The position numbers and the translations under genes were made by a program. 64,000 nt of DNA from an uncultured bacterium (GTDB lineage: Bacteria > Fermentibacterota > Fermentibacteria > Fermentibacterales > JCC-6), in contig CAZUXA010000010.1 of NCBI GenBank assembly GCA_964624405.1, positions 5,263-69,262 of the forward strand, in the 5' to 3' direction. The notes below the pieces were generated by a model. That model saw only the letters and a list, made by a program, of their open reading frames with translations, did not search any database and was not told the origin of the DNA. Of this stretch, positions 51,432 through 64,000 are shown piece by piece. Within the stretch, counting starts at the first letter, position 1. The number at the start of each line of letters is the position of its first letter.

Positions 51432-54071
51432 TCATGATGAGCTGAACCTCAGCACAAATCGGGTTCCACTGTTTCTGGAGGAGAAAACGGCGATGGTGCC
51501 TCCCATTGCCTCGGTGAGATTCTTCGCCAGCGGCATGTCAAGGCCGGAAACCGAGCGCACACCAGTGGCGGGTTTTTCACCACTTTTTCGGAAGAGGTCG
51601 GGGATGTCCGATGCGGGGATTCCCCTGCCGCTGTTCTTTACCTCGACGGTCCAGAAGTCGTTGCCGGACGCCAGGGAAACACCGATGACGCCACCGGGCT
51701 CGGTATGCTCAAGAGCGGTTCTCAGAATGCAGTTAAGGGTCAGGGATAGCCAGGCTGGATCGAAACAGGCGATAAACGCCTCTCCCGGAGTTTCAAGGTT
51801 GAGGTGTATTCCCCGGACTCCGGGGCTTTTCCTGTGTTCCGAGAGAACATCGGATACTGTATCGCAGGGGTCGGACCACTTCATGTCCGGCCTGCCTCCG
51901 TAGGCGGATGCCCTCAGCCAGCCGGTGAGGTTGGATGTTGTGGAAGCGATGGACGCCACAGACTCCCTGATCAGGTCCATGGTTTCCGTCCGGTCTGCGC
52001 TGACGGGATCCGCCAGTTGCTCCAGAGCGGATGTCAGAGAAGCGGCGGAGGCGCTCAGGGTGTGTTCCAGGCCAAGGATGGCCGATTCCGCCAGTTCATC
52101 GGAAACGGTGCCGGAGCGTGGTTCAGCTCTGCCGGTCCGGTGTGAGGAGTCCATGGAGGAGAGAATCTCCACCGCGGCCTCAAGAAGCATCAGCGACTTC
52201 CCATGGAATCCGTCCTGCACCGATGTGGCCAAAAGAAGCGCTCCGGTGACTATCTCACCCCGCATGATCGGCGCCGCTATCTCGCTGTCCGAATCCGGAA
52301 ACACAGCGGACATCCGCACATCGTTCATCGGGTCTGCGAGGAAAGCGCTTTTTCCATGAACGCATACCCAGGTCAGTATGCTGTCGCTTCCCAGGGAATA
52401 CCCGGGGAGGGAGCCCTGAATGCCGAAACTGGAAACCGGCAGAAGCATGGAGCCGTCCGAACTCAGTTCCGCCTTCACCACCTTTTCCGCGGAGCAAATG
52501 CCGGCTATCTCCCTCAGAATGCTCTCTGTGCCATCCCTGCCCATTCTGACCAGGCCGATGAGCCGGGATACCTGCTCCATCAATGCCCGGGTCTTCCCGC
52601 TCTCCCCGGCGTGCCCGGAATCCTCCATGCACTTCTGTGTGAACCGAAGGGCCATCTTTCCGCATGGCATCATACCCTTGCGGCGCAATCCTCCCAGAGC
52701 GATCATCATTGCTTCGCCGCCGGATGTGAATGAATGGAACACCCGCCACTCTCCATGGGCTTCATCCCATTCTGTTCCCTGGACACCAGCGGGCGAGTTC
52801 TCCAGAAGCGTCGTGGTGTCACCGGAGGTGAATGTCTGTTCGGGAAGAATCATCGCCAGGCTTTGCGCGCCGGTGAACGCTCTGAGTATGCTGATGAGGG
52901 ATGTGGGGTTGCAGGGATCGGCGAAGGAAGCGGCGAGAATGTCATCGGCCTTGCTGCCGATGAGGCAGTCTTTCTCCGAATCCCCTGCCCGTGAGAGGAA
53001 AACAACGGAGTTGCCTCCCTCCGCCAGGGGGAAGACCCGGACTTCCATGATAAGGTTGTCATCCGGGGATTCGGTCTGCAGACCCAGGGAGTATCGGTTC
53101 GGGGCGTAGTAACCCCTCACCCTCTTGTCATGGTTTGCCTTTGCCTCCTCCCGATACTCCTCGGCCACCCACTTCCAGAAATAGGTGCCTTCAACCTCTG
53201 TTTCCCCGTGGATTTCACCGGCCAGGCTTCTGGCCGCGGCGTTGAGTTTCGTGATGATCCCGGTTTTGTCCAGCATCAGGGCCGGAGACGGGTTTTCCTC
53301 GATGATGGTTTCCAGCAGTGCGTCGGTAACACCCCCGGAGGCCACCAGGGCCAGGGAGGGGGTCGAAAGGTCGCAGATTATCAGGCCTCCCGGGGCGGGA
53401 GCGGTTTCCATTGAGATGATCCAGTTCTCCCTGTCGCCTTTTGTGGAGGTGCTTATCAGAAAATCGTCCACCCTTCCCACGGTCCTGCATCTGTTCAAAC
53501 CGGCTTGAATCGTTGGTCGCGAACCGGGATCGAACCTGGATTGCAGGGTTTTTCCGCCGGAATCGAACTCCTCACCAGCCTGGCTTGAAGCTGCGACCAG
53601 CCTTCCCGAAGGAGTGCAGAGAAGGGTTCTGCGTTTTCCCCGAATGGAATCCAGTAGAGCTGATGCCTGCTGCTCCGAAATCAACTCCGCGAACAGAAAG
53701 AAATCCTCCACGCTCAAGTGAATGATGTTTACATCCAGCAGCCTGCCGCCGATGAAGCACGGCCATCTTCCCGGCGGTGTTCCAGCGAACAGGGTGCTGA
53801 ACTCCGATTTATTTGTACCGCAATGGGATGCAAGGCTATCAAACGAATCGGAAGCCGACACGCAGCCTTCTGCCCGGGAGACCAGCGCCCACGACACCGA
53901 ATCGGGAAGGGCAACGGGAGTTGCAGAGGAAGGGAGTCCTTTCATATCTTCATCCAAACGCGGAAGAGGGAGTACACTGTCTAACATGGGTAATTCTATT
54001 AGATTCGGGAGAGAAAATGGAAGGTTCGTCATTGAAGTATTCGGCATATTGCAGTTTTGATATGAAGGCAA
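51432..54071 (-). CDS. Multi-domain PAS/GAF sensor histidine kinase-like protein
   Basis: 879-aa ORF. PAS- and GAF-like segments. H-box-like LGLEHTLSAS. HATPase-like C-terminus (VEVKNSGRGIP, GLDMPLAKNLTEAMGGTIAVFS). The true start is probably internal (ATG at 53987 or 53945), because 54017-54071 overlaps the divergent EIIA-like gene. Confidence 0.7.
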   Translation of the reverse strand: MPSYQNCNMPNTSMTNLPFSLPNLIELPMLDSVLPLPRLDEDMKGLPSSATPVALPDSVSWALVSRAEGCVSASDSFDSLASHCGTNKSEFSTLFAGTPPGRWPCFIGGRLLDVNIIHLSVEDFFLFAELISEQQASALLDSIRGKRRTLLCTPSGRLVAASSQAGEEFDSGGKTLQSRFDPGSRPTIQAGLNRCRTVGRVDDFLISTSTKGDRENWIISMETAPAPGGLIICDLSTPSLALVASGGVTDALLETIIEENPSPALMLDKTGIITKLNAAARSLAGEIHGETEVEGTYFWKWVAEEYREEAKANHDKRVRGYYAPNRYSLGLQTESPDDNLIMEVRVFPLAEGGNSVVFLSRAGDSEKDCLIGSKADDILAASFADPCNPTSLISILRAFTGAQSLAMILPEQTFTSGDTTTLLENSPAGVQGTEWDEAHGEWRVFHSFTSGGEAMMIALGGLRRKGMMPCGKMALRFTQKCMEDSGHAGESGKTRALMEQVSRLIGLVRMGRDGTESILREIAGICSAEKVVKAELSSDGSMLLPVSSFGIQGSLPGYSLGSDSILTWVCVHGKSAFLADPMNDVRMSAVFPDSDSEIAAPIMRGEIVTGALLLATSVQDGFHGKSLMLLEAAVEILSSMDSSHRTGRAEPRSGTVSDELAESAILGLEHTLSASAASLTSALEQLADPVSADRTETMDLIRESVASIASTTSNLTGWLRASAYGGRPDMKWSDPCDTVSDVLSEHRKSPGVRGIHLNLETPGEAFIACFDPAWLSLTLNCILRTALEHTEPGGVIGVSLASGNDFWTVEVKNSGRGIPASDIPDLFRKSGEKPATGVRSVSGLDMPLAKNLTEAMGGTIAVFSSRNSGTRFVLRFSSS

Positions 54072-54467
54072 AGTCCAGAAACGACGCTCTGGCCGAGCTG
54101 CTCGAGGTAATCCCCCTCAACTCGAATTCCAGAAAACTCATACACGGCGCCTTGGAAATGAGGGAACAGGCCGGGCCGACCACCATTCTTCCCAGAATCG
54201 CCATCCCCCACTGCAGAAGCATTCTCGTGGATGAACTGACTGCTGTGGTGGGCAGAAGTGCCCCGGGAATCCCCTGGCCCGACGAAACGGTGAGCATAAT
54301 GGTTCTTTTCATATCGCCGGTCAAACTCGACGGCCCCCACGAACACCTGGCCTTCATCAGCCATATCGCCTCCCGTATCAAGAAATCACCTGATGCCGTG
54401 ATCAACGCGACCAGCCCGGAATCCCTTCTGGAACTGCTGGGAATGGAACCCATCATTGGAGGTGTTG

Positions 54468-54478
<11 letters not shown>
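54017..54478 (+). CDS. ptsN: PTS EIIA(Ntr)-type (PTS_EIIA_2) regulatory protein
   Basis: ORF 53813..54478 trimmed to the ATG at 54017, with GGGAGAG upstream. LEMREQAGPTTILPRIAIPHCRS contains the EIIA-2 phospho-His context. Confidence 0.6.
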
Positions 54479-57943
<3,465 letters not shown>

Positions 57944-57949
57944 AGCGGG

Positions 57950-57978
57950 TTGACAAACTCGTATCTGTATGTTATGCT
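57950..57978 (+). promoter_or_regulatory. Candidate sigma70-type promoter upstream of carD
   Basis: TTGACA (57950-57955), 17-bp spacer, TATGCT (57973-57978). About 35 nt upstream of the TTG start at 58014. Confidence 0.45.
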
Positions 57979-58013
57979 TGCCGCTACCAAGTCAGAAGCT
58001 TTGGAGGCGCCCT

Positions 58014-58526
58014 TTGCTTACGAATTTTGATCTTCATGATAAGGTTGTTCACCCGCTTCACGGCGCGGGGGTGGTGACGGAAATCTGCCGGAAGGACATT
58101 TCCGGAGACATGGTTGACTGCATCGTCATCAGGCTGGTGGCTGGCAGGGCCGGCATTCTTCTTCCCTTTGACTGTGTCGAGGAATCGGGACTCAGACGGG
58201 TCTGCACAAACGAGGCCATGGATGAAGCCCTGACCGTTCTTGGAAACACCGCTGAAGACCTGCCCAGAGACTGGAGAAGACGCATCGAGGTTCTTCGGGA
58301 AAGGGTCCACTCCGGAGACCCCAGAATGATTGCCTCTGCCGTGAGAGATGTTCTGGCCCGCTCGTCGATCAGCAAGATGAATCCCTCGGAGAAGAGGGTT
58401 TTCACCGAAGCCATCGGTGTTCTGGCAGGAGAATTGTCCCTGGTGAACAACATCGAGTTTCAGGGTGCGAGGCAGATGATTGAAACCCGGGTCACAGGGG
58501 TTCGCAAGAAGAAGAAGCAGGCCTGA
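58014..58526 (+). CDS. carD: CarD/CdnL-family RNA polymerase-binding transcription factor
   Basis: ORF 57969..58526 trimmed to an in-frame TTG at 58014, with GGAGG 6 nt upstream. FDLHDKVVHPLHGAGVV... and the C-terminal helical part match the CarD_CdnL_TRCF pattern. Confidence 0.8.
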   Translation: MLTNFDLHDKVVHPLHGAGVVTEICRKDISGDMVDCIVIRLVAGRAGILLPFDCVEESGLRRVCTNEAMDEALTVLGNTAEDLPRDWRRRIEVLRERVHSGDPRMIASAVRDVLARSSISKMNPSEKRVFTEAIGVLAGELSLVNNIEFQGARQMIETRVTGVRKKKKQA

Positions 58527-58532
58527 TTTTCC

Positions 58533-59804
58533 TTGACCGCCCAGGAAAGAAGCAACGCCGACCCGATCGAAAGTGTGATTCTGGTCACAGTTGGGTTTCG
58601 GGGAAGGGAAAATCCCGGACACGACGCTGAAATGGTGAGCCTTATCGACACCGCAGGCGGCAGAGTTCACTCCATAATACATCAGAATCTGGTAAAACCG
58701 GACCCCGGGTCATTCGTTGGCAGGGGCAAAGCCCTGGAAATCGCCGGAAACGCCGAATCATCATGTGTTTCGACCGTCGTTTTCGACCACAATCTCACGC
58801 CTGGCCAAGTCGCCAGGCTTGAGCGAATCACGAACTGCAAGGTAATCGACAGAACTGAGCTGATACTGGCGATTTTCGCCAGAAATGCCCGGACTGTACA
58901 GGCGAGGCTTCAGATAGAACTCGCTCAGTTGAGGTACACGCTTCCCCGGCTTTCCGGGATGTGGCACCACTTTTCCCGGCTCGGGGCCGGCATCGGCACC
59001 AGGGGCCCCGGTGAAACCCAGCTGGAGGTTGACCGCCGCAGGGCGAGAACAAGAATAGCCGGGCTCGAATCCCGGCTTGCTTCGCTGGAAACCGGCGCCA
59101 GGCTCAGAAGATCAGCCAGGGCGGACATGTTCAAGGTTTCCCTGGTGGGTTACACCAATGCCGGCAAGAGCTCTCTGCTGAACGCCCTTTGCGGCGCTTC
59201 CGCCCTGGTGGAGAACAGGCTTTTCGCAACCCTGGACACAACCTCCCGCAGGCTTCCGCTTCCCGGTTCCGGTTCCGTTCTGCTTTCGGACACCGTCGGT
59301 TTCATAGACAGGCTTCCGGAAACTCTGATGACCAGCTTCAGAAGCACCCTCGATGTGGTGCGGGAAGCGGATCTTCTTCTGATGGTGGCCGACGGAGGCT
59401 GTCCGGAAAGGGAGGAGAGGCTCGCGGTGGTCACCGGAACACTTGAAAGAATCGGAGCCGGTGAGATCCCCAGAATCACAGTCTGGAGCAAGTGTGACCT
59501 CTGGGCTCACAGGCCTGTCAGCGGGGTTTCAGTTTCTTCCGTTACCGGAGAGGGTCTTGGGGAGCTGCTGGAAAAAGTTTCCTCGTTCTGGAAGAATACA
59601 CTGGACTGGTACTCGGTTTCATTGGATATTCCCAACGGAGGAGTAGAGAACTGGATAAGAAAGAACTGCCTCGTGGAGAGTACGGTCAGAACCGATTCCG
59701 GGGGGCTTCTCATATACTGCGCGCCATTAAGGGGTAGCGGTGAGCTGATTTCCAGGGTGGAGTCCTCGGCGGGAAACATATTGGCTGTGACGGAAAGACC
59801 ATGA
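58533..59804 (+). CDS. hflX: GTPase HflX
   Basis: IFARNARTVQARLQIELAQLRY, GPGETQLEVDRR, G1 GYTNAGKSSL and DTVGF. TTG start. Confidence 0.9.
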   Translation: MTAQERSNADPIESVILVTVGFRGRENPGHDAEMVSLIDTAGGRVHSIIHQNLVKPDPGSFVGRGKALEIAGNAESSCVSTVVFDHNLTPGQVARLERITNCKVIDRTELILAIFARNARTVQARLQIELAQLRYTLPRLSGMWHHFSRLGAGIGTRGPGETQLEVDRRRARTRIAGLESRLASLETGARLRRSARADMFKVSLVGYTNAGKSSLLNALCGASALVENRLFATLDTTSRRLPLPGSGSVLLSDTVGFIDRLPETLMTSFRSTLDVVREADLLLMVADGGCPEREERLAVVTGTLERIGAGEIPRITVWSKCDLWAHRPVSGVSVSSVTGEGLGELLEKVSSFWKNTLDWYSVSLDIPNGGVENWIRKNCLVESTVRTDSGGLLIYCAPLRGSGELISRVESSAGNILAVTERP

Positions 59805-60238
59805 AGGAAACAGATCAGATAAGCTCTCTAACCGCAGCTCTGGCTCGAAGGGTCACTTCCCTGTCCGAGCTGCACGCCAGGGGGGTTGTAACCGGAGAGC
59901 TTCTGGGCAAACAGCTTCTGAAGCTGTTGTGCAGCCCGGATGCCAGAAAACTGAGCCAGCACTCCATTGAACCGGACTCCAAGGCGCTCAGGATTCTATA
60001 TCGGCTGGAACACCCCGAAGGATGGCGAAGAAAATCGGGTCTCAACCGGGACGAAAGACTGGCAGATTTATTGGTTGATCTCGAGGCGATAACCGGTTCC
60101 GACATCTCTCCTGAAGATAAGCTTCAAAGCATGCTGTCAATCGCGTGCCTTCCATTTTTCAAGGGATTTGTAAATCCCCGGGGTTCCCCCGGCGGCAAGG
60201 AATCCAAACCCTCAAGCCGTGTCAGCGTTCTGGACTGA
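59801..60238 (+). CDS. Hypothetical protein
   Basis: 145-aa ORF with an ATGA overlap with the hflX stop. No motif I recognise. Confidence 0.5.
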   Translation: MKETDQISSLTAALARRVTSLSELHARGVVTGELLGKQLLKLLCSPDARKLSQHSIEPDSKALRILYRLEHPEGWRRKSGLNRDERLADLLVDLEAITGSDISPEDKLQSMLSIACLPFFKGFVNPRGSPGGKESKPSSRVSVLD

Positions 60239-60240
60239 GA

Positions 60241-61221
60241 GTGCCACCCTCCCCGGCAACCAGACAGCGTCTTGTAACCCTTGCCGGGTTTGTTTTCGTC
60301 GGGGCCTCCCTTTACTTCCTGTGTCTGTCCATGGCCAGGGGAATCCGGGAGAGCGGTGGCATCGGAAACCTGCTCAACTTGAACCTCGGGCTGTTTCTCC
60401 TCTCCTTCGCCGTGCTCCAGATTCACCTCATCACCTGCGGATGGTCGTGGCGGAGTGTCGCCCGGCTCACCGGCGGCAGGCTCGGGTTTTGGAAGTCGTA
60501 TTCCATTCATTTTCTTGCTCAGGTGGGAAAGTACATCCCCGGCAAGGTTTGGGCCGCCATTGGCAAGTACGCTCTTTCCTGCGACTCCGGCATGACAAAA
60601 ACACAGACCGGCCATGCCCTGATTCTTGAGACGGTGTTCATCGTCTTCGGCTGTCTTCTGACGGCGATGCCCCTGGTTCCTTCAGCGGCCCGTGCCGCGG
60701 GAATGAACGGCATGGGAGCCGTGGGTCTTGCGGTACTGCTGGGGCTGGTCACGATTTCCGCGGCGCATCCGGCGGTTTTCGGTTTTTTTCTCGGTATCGC
60801 CTCCCGATTAACCGGAAAAAAAATGGATTTCCAGAGGACGGCGTTTCCCAGGGTTCTTCAAATCATTCCGGTCTACCTCGTTGTGTTCGTTACTCTGGGG
60901 ATCGGGTTCTGGCTTCTGGCACTCAGTTTCGGCCTCAGGATTCCCGTCTTTCCCGGAGTGTTCCTGTACCCCACCGCAATGGGTATCAGCTATCTGGTTG
61001 TCTTTGCTCCGGGAGGGCTTGGTGTGCGGGAACTGGTTCTGGTCTGGCTGATTCGAATGGTGGCCCCCGGGGCTGAACCCGGAATGGCGGAACTCGTGGC
61101 CCTGGCCGGCAGGTTGTGGGTAACGATCGGGGAAGTCATGGCTTTCATGATCTCGCTCTCCCTCTACGGAACAAGCACCGGCAATATCATACGGATGTTC
61201 TCAAGGCGGGGAACTACCTGA
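60241..61221 (+). CDS. Flippase-like membrane protein (LPG_synthase_TM/UPF0104 family), third copy in the window
   Basis: ORF 60145..61221 trimmed to an in-frame GTG at 60241, just after the upstream stop. Motifs YIPGKVW and APGGLGVRE. Polytopic. Confidence 0.7.
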   Translation: MPPSPATRQRLVTLAGFVFVGASLYFLCLSMARGIRESGGIGNLLNLNLGLFLLSFAVLQIHLITCGWSWRSVARLTGGRLGFWKSYSIHFLAQVGKYIPGKVWAAIGKYALSCDSGMTKTQTGHALILETVFIVFGCLLTAMPLVPSAARAAGMNGMGAVGLAVLLGLVTISAAHPAVFGFFLGIASRLTGKKMDFQRTAFPRVLQIIPVYLVVFVTLGIGFWLLALSFGLRIPVFPGVFLYPTAMGISYLVVFAPGGLGVRELVLVWLIRMVAPGAEPGMAELVALAGRLWVTIGEVMAFMISLSLYGTSTGNIIRMFSRRGTT

Positions 61222-62512
61222 TTCTAACACCCTGAGCGGTCACCGGGGGCAGTGAGTCGGTTCCGGTTCTGTACAACCGGCTTCCCACCTCAACGACATT
61301 GGCGAGAATTTCGTAAGCGCTTCCGGATATCAGGCAGTTCGAAAGCCGTCCGGCGACTGCGCCATCCGCTATGGACCAGGCGGTTCCGCAATCGAGGATC
61401 ATCCCCCCTCCCGCCGCGTCGCTTCCCTCGGCGCTGAGGATTCCCGAAACAAGCACTCCGTTCTGCATTCGTGAGATCATTTCCCCGAGGGAACCATCAG
61501 CGCCGGCATTCACCACAATGTTGGTACAGACCGGCATGGTGTGCCCCCCCAGGTTTTTGCCGGCGTTTCCCGTGGAAGGCATTCCCGCCTCGGTTCCACT
61601 GGCGAGATCGAAGACGAATCCGGTGAAGACCCCTTTTCTGAAAAGAGCCTTGTTTGATGTGGGAACTCCCTCGGAATCAAAAGGCGCGGAACTGGCGCCG
61701 GATTCCTGAAGGGGGACTTCCCTCACGGTCAGCAGAGGTGACAGAACCGTTTCTCCAAGCTTTCCCGCCAATCGGGACGCTCCATCAAGCAGAACCCTGC
61801 CGCTGACCCCGGTTCTTACCGCCTGAAGCAGAACACCCAGCGCGGGAGCGGCGAAAATCACGGTTTTCCTGCCGACCATGGAATCCGGCCGGGCTCCGGC
61901 ATACTGCAGCCCCGGGAAAAGCCAGGAAAGAGCTTCCGAGCTTGTGGGGAGGGAAGCGCACTCGAAGTGGGAGGATTGCCGGAACAGCCCTTCCTCCGTT
62001 GCGGAGCTTACCGTGGCGTCCACCCTCACCCGGTTTCTGACATACTCTCCCGAACAGCCGTTGGTGTTCATGATACCCACGGTATCCGTACCCCAAACCA
62101 CCCGCGAGACGATGAGGGTCCCTGAAAATGCTTTCTCCGCCTGATCCGAAAGGGAATGGACGAAGTCGAGGACCTTCCCGGTTTCAGGCAGTTCGCCATC
62201 ATTTCTGAAATGTTCCGTGGACGGTGATTCCGCTGGCAGCTCCCAGTTGAAATCCGGGCCCGATCTGGATGAGCCTATGGCTTTTTCCGCCAGGGGCGCC
62301 GGACGGGAATCCCCCTCGCTCCCGGCGGTTCCCAGCTTTCCATTCCTGCTGATTCGAACGCTGTAGGAGGTCGTCGAACCGGAACCGAACACCGGAGAGC
62401 CCGAACCGGCCATCAGGCTGCTGCGATGTCGGCACAGCCAGTTGACTTCCGCGCATGATGAGATTTCCCGAAGTGTTTCCAGAATTTTAGCTGCGTTTTC
62501 CGCGGTTTTCAT
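61214..62512 (-). CDS. pmbA: TldD/PmbA-family metallopeptidase subunit (PmbA-like)
   Basis: ORF 61214..62596 trimmed to MKTAENAAKILE (ATG at 62512, 2 nt after the tldD stop). Family-typical Gly-rich C-terminal half. No HExxxH motif, as expected for PmbA. Confidence 0.75.
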   Translation of the reverse strand: MKTAENAAKILETLREISSCAEVNWLCRHRSSLMAGSGSPVFGSGSTTSYSVRISRNGKLGTAGSEGDSRPAPLAEKAIGSSRSGPDFNWELPAESPSTEHFRNDGELPETGKVLDFVHSLSDQAEKAFSGTLIVSRVVWGTDTVGIMNTNGCSGEYVRNRVRVDATVSSATEEGLFRQSSHFECASLPTSSEALSWLFPGLQYAGARPDSMVGRKTVIFAAPALGVLLQAVRTGVSGRVLLDGASRLAGKLGETVLSPLLTVREVPLQESGASSAPFDSEGVPTSNKALFRKGVFTGFVFDLASGTEAGMPSTGNAGKNLGGHTMPVCTNIVVNAGADGSLGEMISRMQNGVLVSGILSAEGSDAAGGGMILDCGTAWSIADGAVAGRLSNCLISGSAYEILANVVEVGSRLYRTGTDSLPPVTAQGVRIR

Positions 62513-62514
62513 CC

Positions 62515-63870
62515 TCAACCGATCCTGATTCCTGAAACGAGAATGTGCGGTCCGCCATAACTGACGGGTATCGCCTTTTCCCCGGCCCTGCCGCAACCAC
62601 CCAGGTTTCCGAAGAGTTGGAGATCGTTCCCCACGCTCTGTATGGTTTTCAGTGTGTGGAAAACATCCCCGGTGATAACAACCGGACCCAGGAGCATGCG
62701 GGTTTTACCCCTGTTAACCGTCCATCCGCTTTCGGCGATCAGGCTGAATCGTTCCATGTCCGTGGCGCCGCCGAGGCATCCTTTCAGATACACCCCCCTT
62801 TCAAGTTCGGACAACAGATCCTCAAGGGTTCCCTCTCCGGGTTCAAGCAGGGTGCACCTCATTCTGGCCATGGGAAAGCTGCCCACTCCCCATGCTCTGG
62901 CGTTTCCAGCCGGCGCCGCGCCGGATGCGGCAGCGGTTGAGAGGGTGTGAAGGCGGTTTTCCACCACGCCCCTGGAAATCAGGGTGGTTCTTGCGCCCCT
63001 GGTTCCCTCGTCATCCCAGCTGCAGCTTCCGGGCATGTGGAAATGAGTGGGATCGTCAACGATGGTGAGGCATTCTGCGCCAACCCGCCGCCCGGGCTTC
63101 ACCAGTGCTGAAAGCGAGGGACACCCGCCGGGAACATCGGACTCCGCCAGATGTCCGAAAGCTTCGTGTACCAGCATTCCAGCCAGTTCAGGGCCCAGTA
63201 CCGCCGGGGTATCTCCCGGGGTCGGGCTGCAGGGCGTCGCCCTGAGGTTCAGATCTTCAGTGATCTCACGGACGATGTCTTCCCTGTGCCGAAGGTGTTC
63301 AAGCCCACCCCTGAAGCCCAGGCTTCTGGAAGCGGTGACCCCGCCGGACAGCGCCGCCTGCATTCGAAGACCGCAGAGTTCCTCCACTTCCCGCACACTT
63401 GTTCCAGCGGAGTTGACCACGACCCTGTCTCTTAGAACCTCGCTGTAGTCAACCCGGGCGGAAGCGGTGGAGTTGCTCATTCCCAGAAGCTCGCAGTAGT
63501 GCCTGCACAGAAAAGCCTTGTCCCGCAGGGGAGCCTGAGTGAAAGGATCAAGAGAACCCGGAGAAAATGTGTTCCTCTCCGGCGATCCAACGGAAAAGGC
63601 GGTATCCCCCTTCCCGGTGGAAATAGCGGCTCCCGCGGCCCTGTCCACCAATGACTGGATTCCCCCCAATCCCGAAGCCCAGGAATAGCCCCATTTGCCC
63701 GATACCAGCGCGCGAACCGTAACTCCCTCCCGGACCACTGGTCCAACGCTCCATCCCCGTCTTCCGACCTGGGAGAGTTCCAGAGATTCGATTCTTTCAA
63801 GCCTAATCTCGACGAAATCCGCTTCCGACCCCTGGGCGGCCTTCTCAGCCCTTTCCCTGATATGCTGCAA
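62515..63870 (-). CDS. tldD: TldD-family metallopeptidase
   Basis: TTG start at 63870 with GGAGG 6 nt upstream. Contains the HEAFGH (HExxxH) motif and a TldD-like C-terminus. Confidence 0.82.
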   Translation of the reverse strand: MQHIRERAEKAAQGSEADFVEIRLERIESLELSQVGRRGWSVGPVVREGVTVRALVSGKWGYSWASGLGGIQSLVDRAAGAAISTGKGDTAFSVGSPERNTFSPGSLDPFTQAPLRDKAFLCRHYCELLGMSNSTASARVDYSEVLRDRVVVNSAGTSVREVEELCGLRMQAALSGGVTASRSLGFRGGLEHLRHREDIVREITEDLNLRATPCSPTPGDTPAVLGPELAGMLVHEAFGHLAESDVPGGCPSLSALVKPGRRVGAECLTIVDDPTHFHMPGSCSWDDEGTRGARTTLISRGVVENRLHTLSTAAASGAAPAGNARAWGVGSFPMARMRCTLLEPGEGTLEDLLSELERGVYLKGCLGGATDMERFSLIAESGWTVNRGKTRMLLGPVVITGDVFHTLKTIQSVGNDLQLFGNLGGCGRAGEKAIPVSYGGPHILVSGIRIG

Positions 63871-63885
63871 TGGTTTCCTCCAGTA

Positions 63886-64000
63886 TCAATGTGGTATGAA
63901 AAGCCCTTCCCTTGCCAGTGAGTCGAGAACTTCGCCCACGGAAGCCGCCAGATCCCCCGGCGGTGACAGGGAAAGGCATCGGTTGATGCAGTCCATGGCC
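63886..64000 (-). CDS. C-terminal fragment of an upstream minus-strand gene (5' part outside the window)
   Basis: Hand translation gives ...AMDCINRCLSLSPPGDLAASVGEVLDSLAREGLFIPH followed by a TGA at 63886-63888, 15 nt before the tldD start. Only 37 codons are visible. Confidence 0.3.
   Translation of the reverse strand, partial: AMDCINRCLSLSPPGDLAASVGEVLDSLAREGLFIPH

Overview
G+C-rich, very gene-dense bacterial chromosomal segment. By my own gene calls only about 1.1 kb of 64 kb is non-coding. I call about 54 CDS. I found no rRNA, tRNA, CRISPR array, integrase, transposase or recognisable defence or mobile module. The host looks like a diderm: TamA/TamB, a TolC-like protein, a Wzi-like barrel and LpxH are all present. 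Most genes are housekeeping: proS, panB, purD, purE, tsaC, nrdJ, cdd, deoB, yicC, dnaB, radA, ispDF, glgA, fabD, tgt, queA, guaB, carD, hflX, tldD and pmbA. They sit in long co-directional runs with overlapping stop and start codons. The stand-out is a nine-gene, translationally coupled minus-strand operon (6616-16223). It combines LpxH, a polyprenyl-phosphate-type GT2, a GT4, an SDR epimerase, two flippase-like (UPF0104/LPG_synthase_TM) proteins and a YfhO-type GT-C. Its last gene fuses a flippase-like membrane domain in-frame to a radical SAM/SPASM-like domain, an architecture I do not recognise as characterised. Other notable items: a Gmk::CoaB fusion lacking CoaC and rpoZ; a ThiD::Zn-ribbon::Nudix fusion; a membrane pseudokinase with LytR_C-like ectodomains; two degenerate multi-PAS/GAF sensor proteins; a queA that appears to need a CTG start; and an acidic EP tandem repeat. 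All functional calls come from reading motifs in the translated ORFs by eye; no database search was run.
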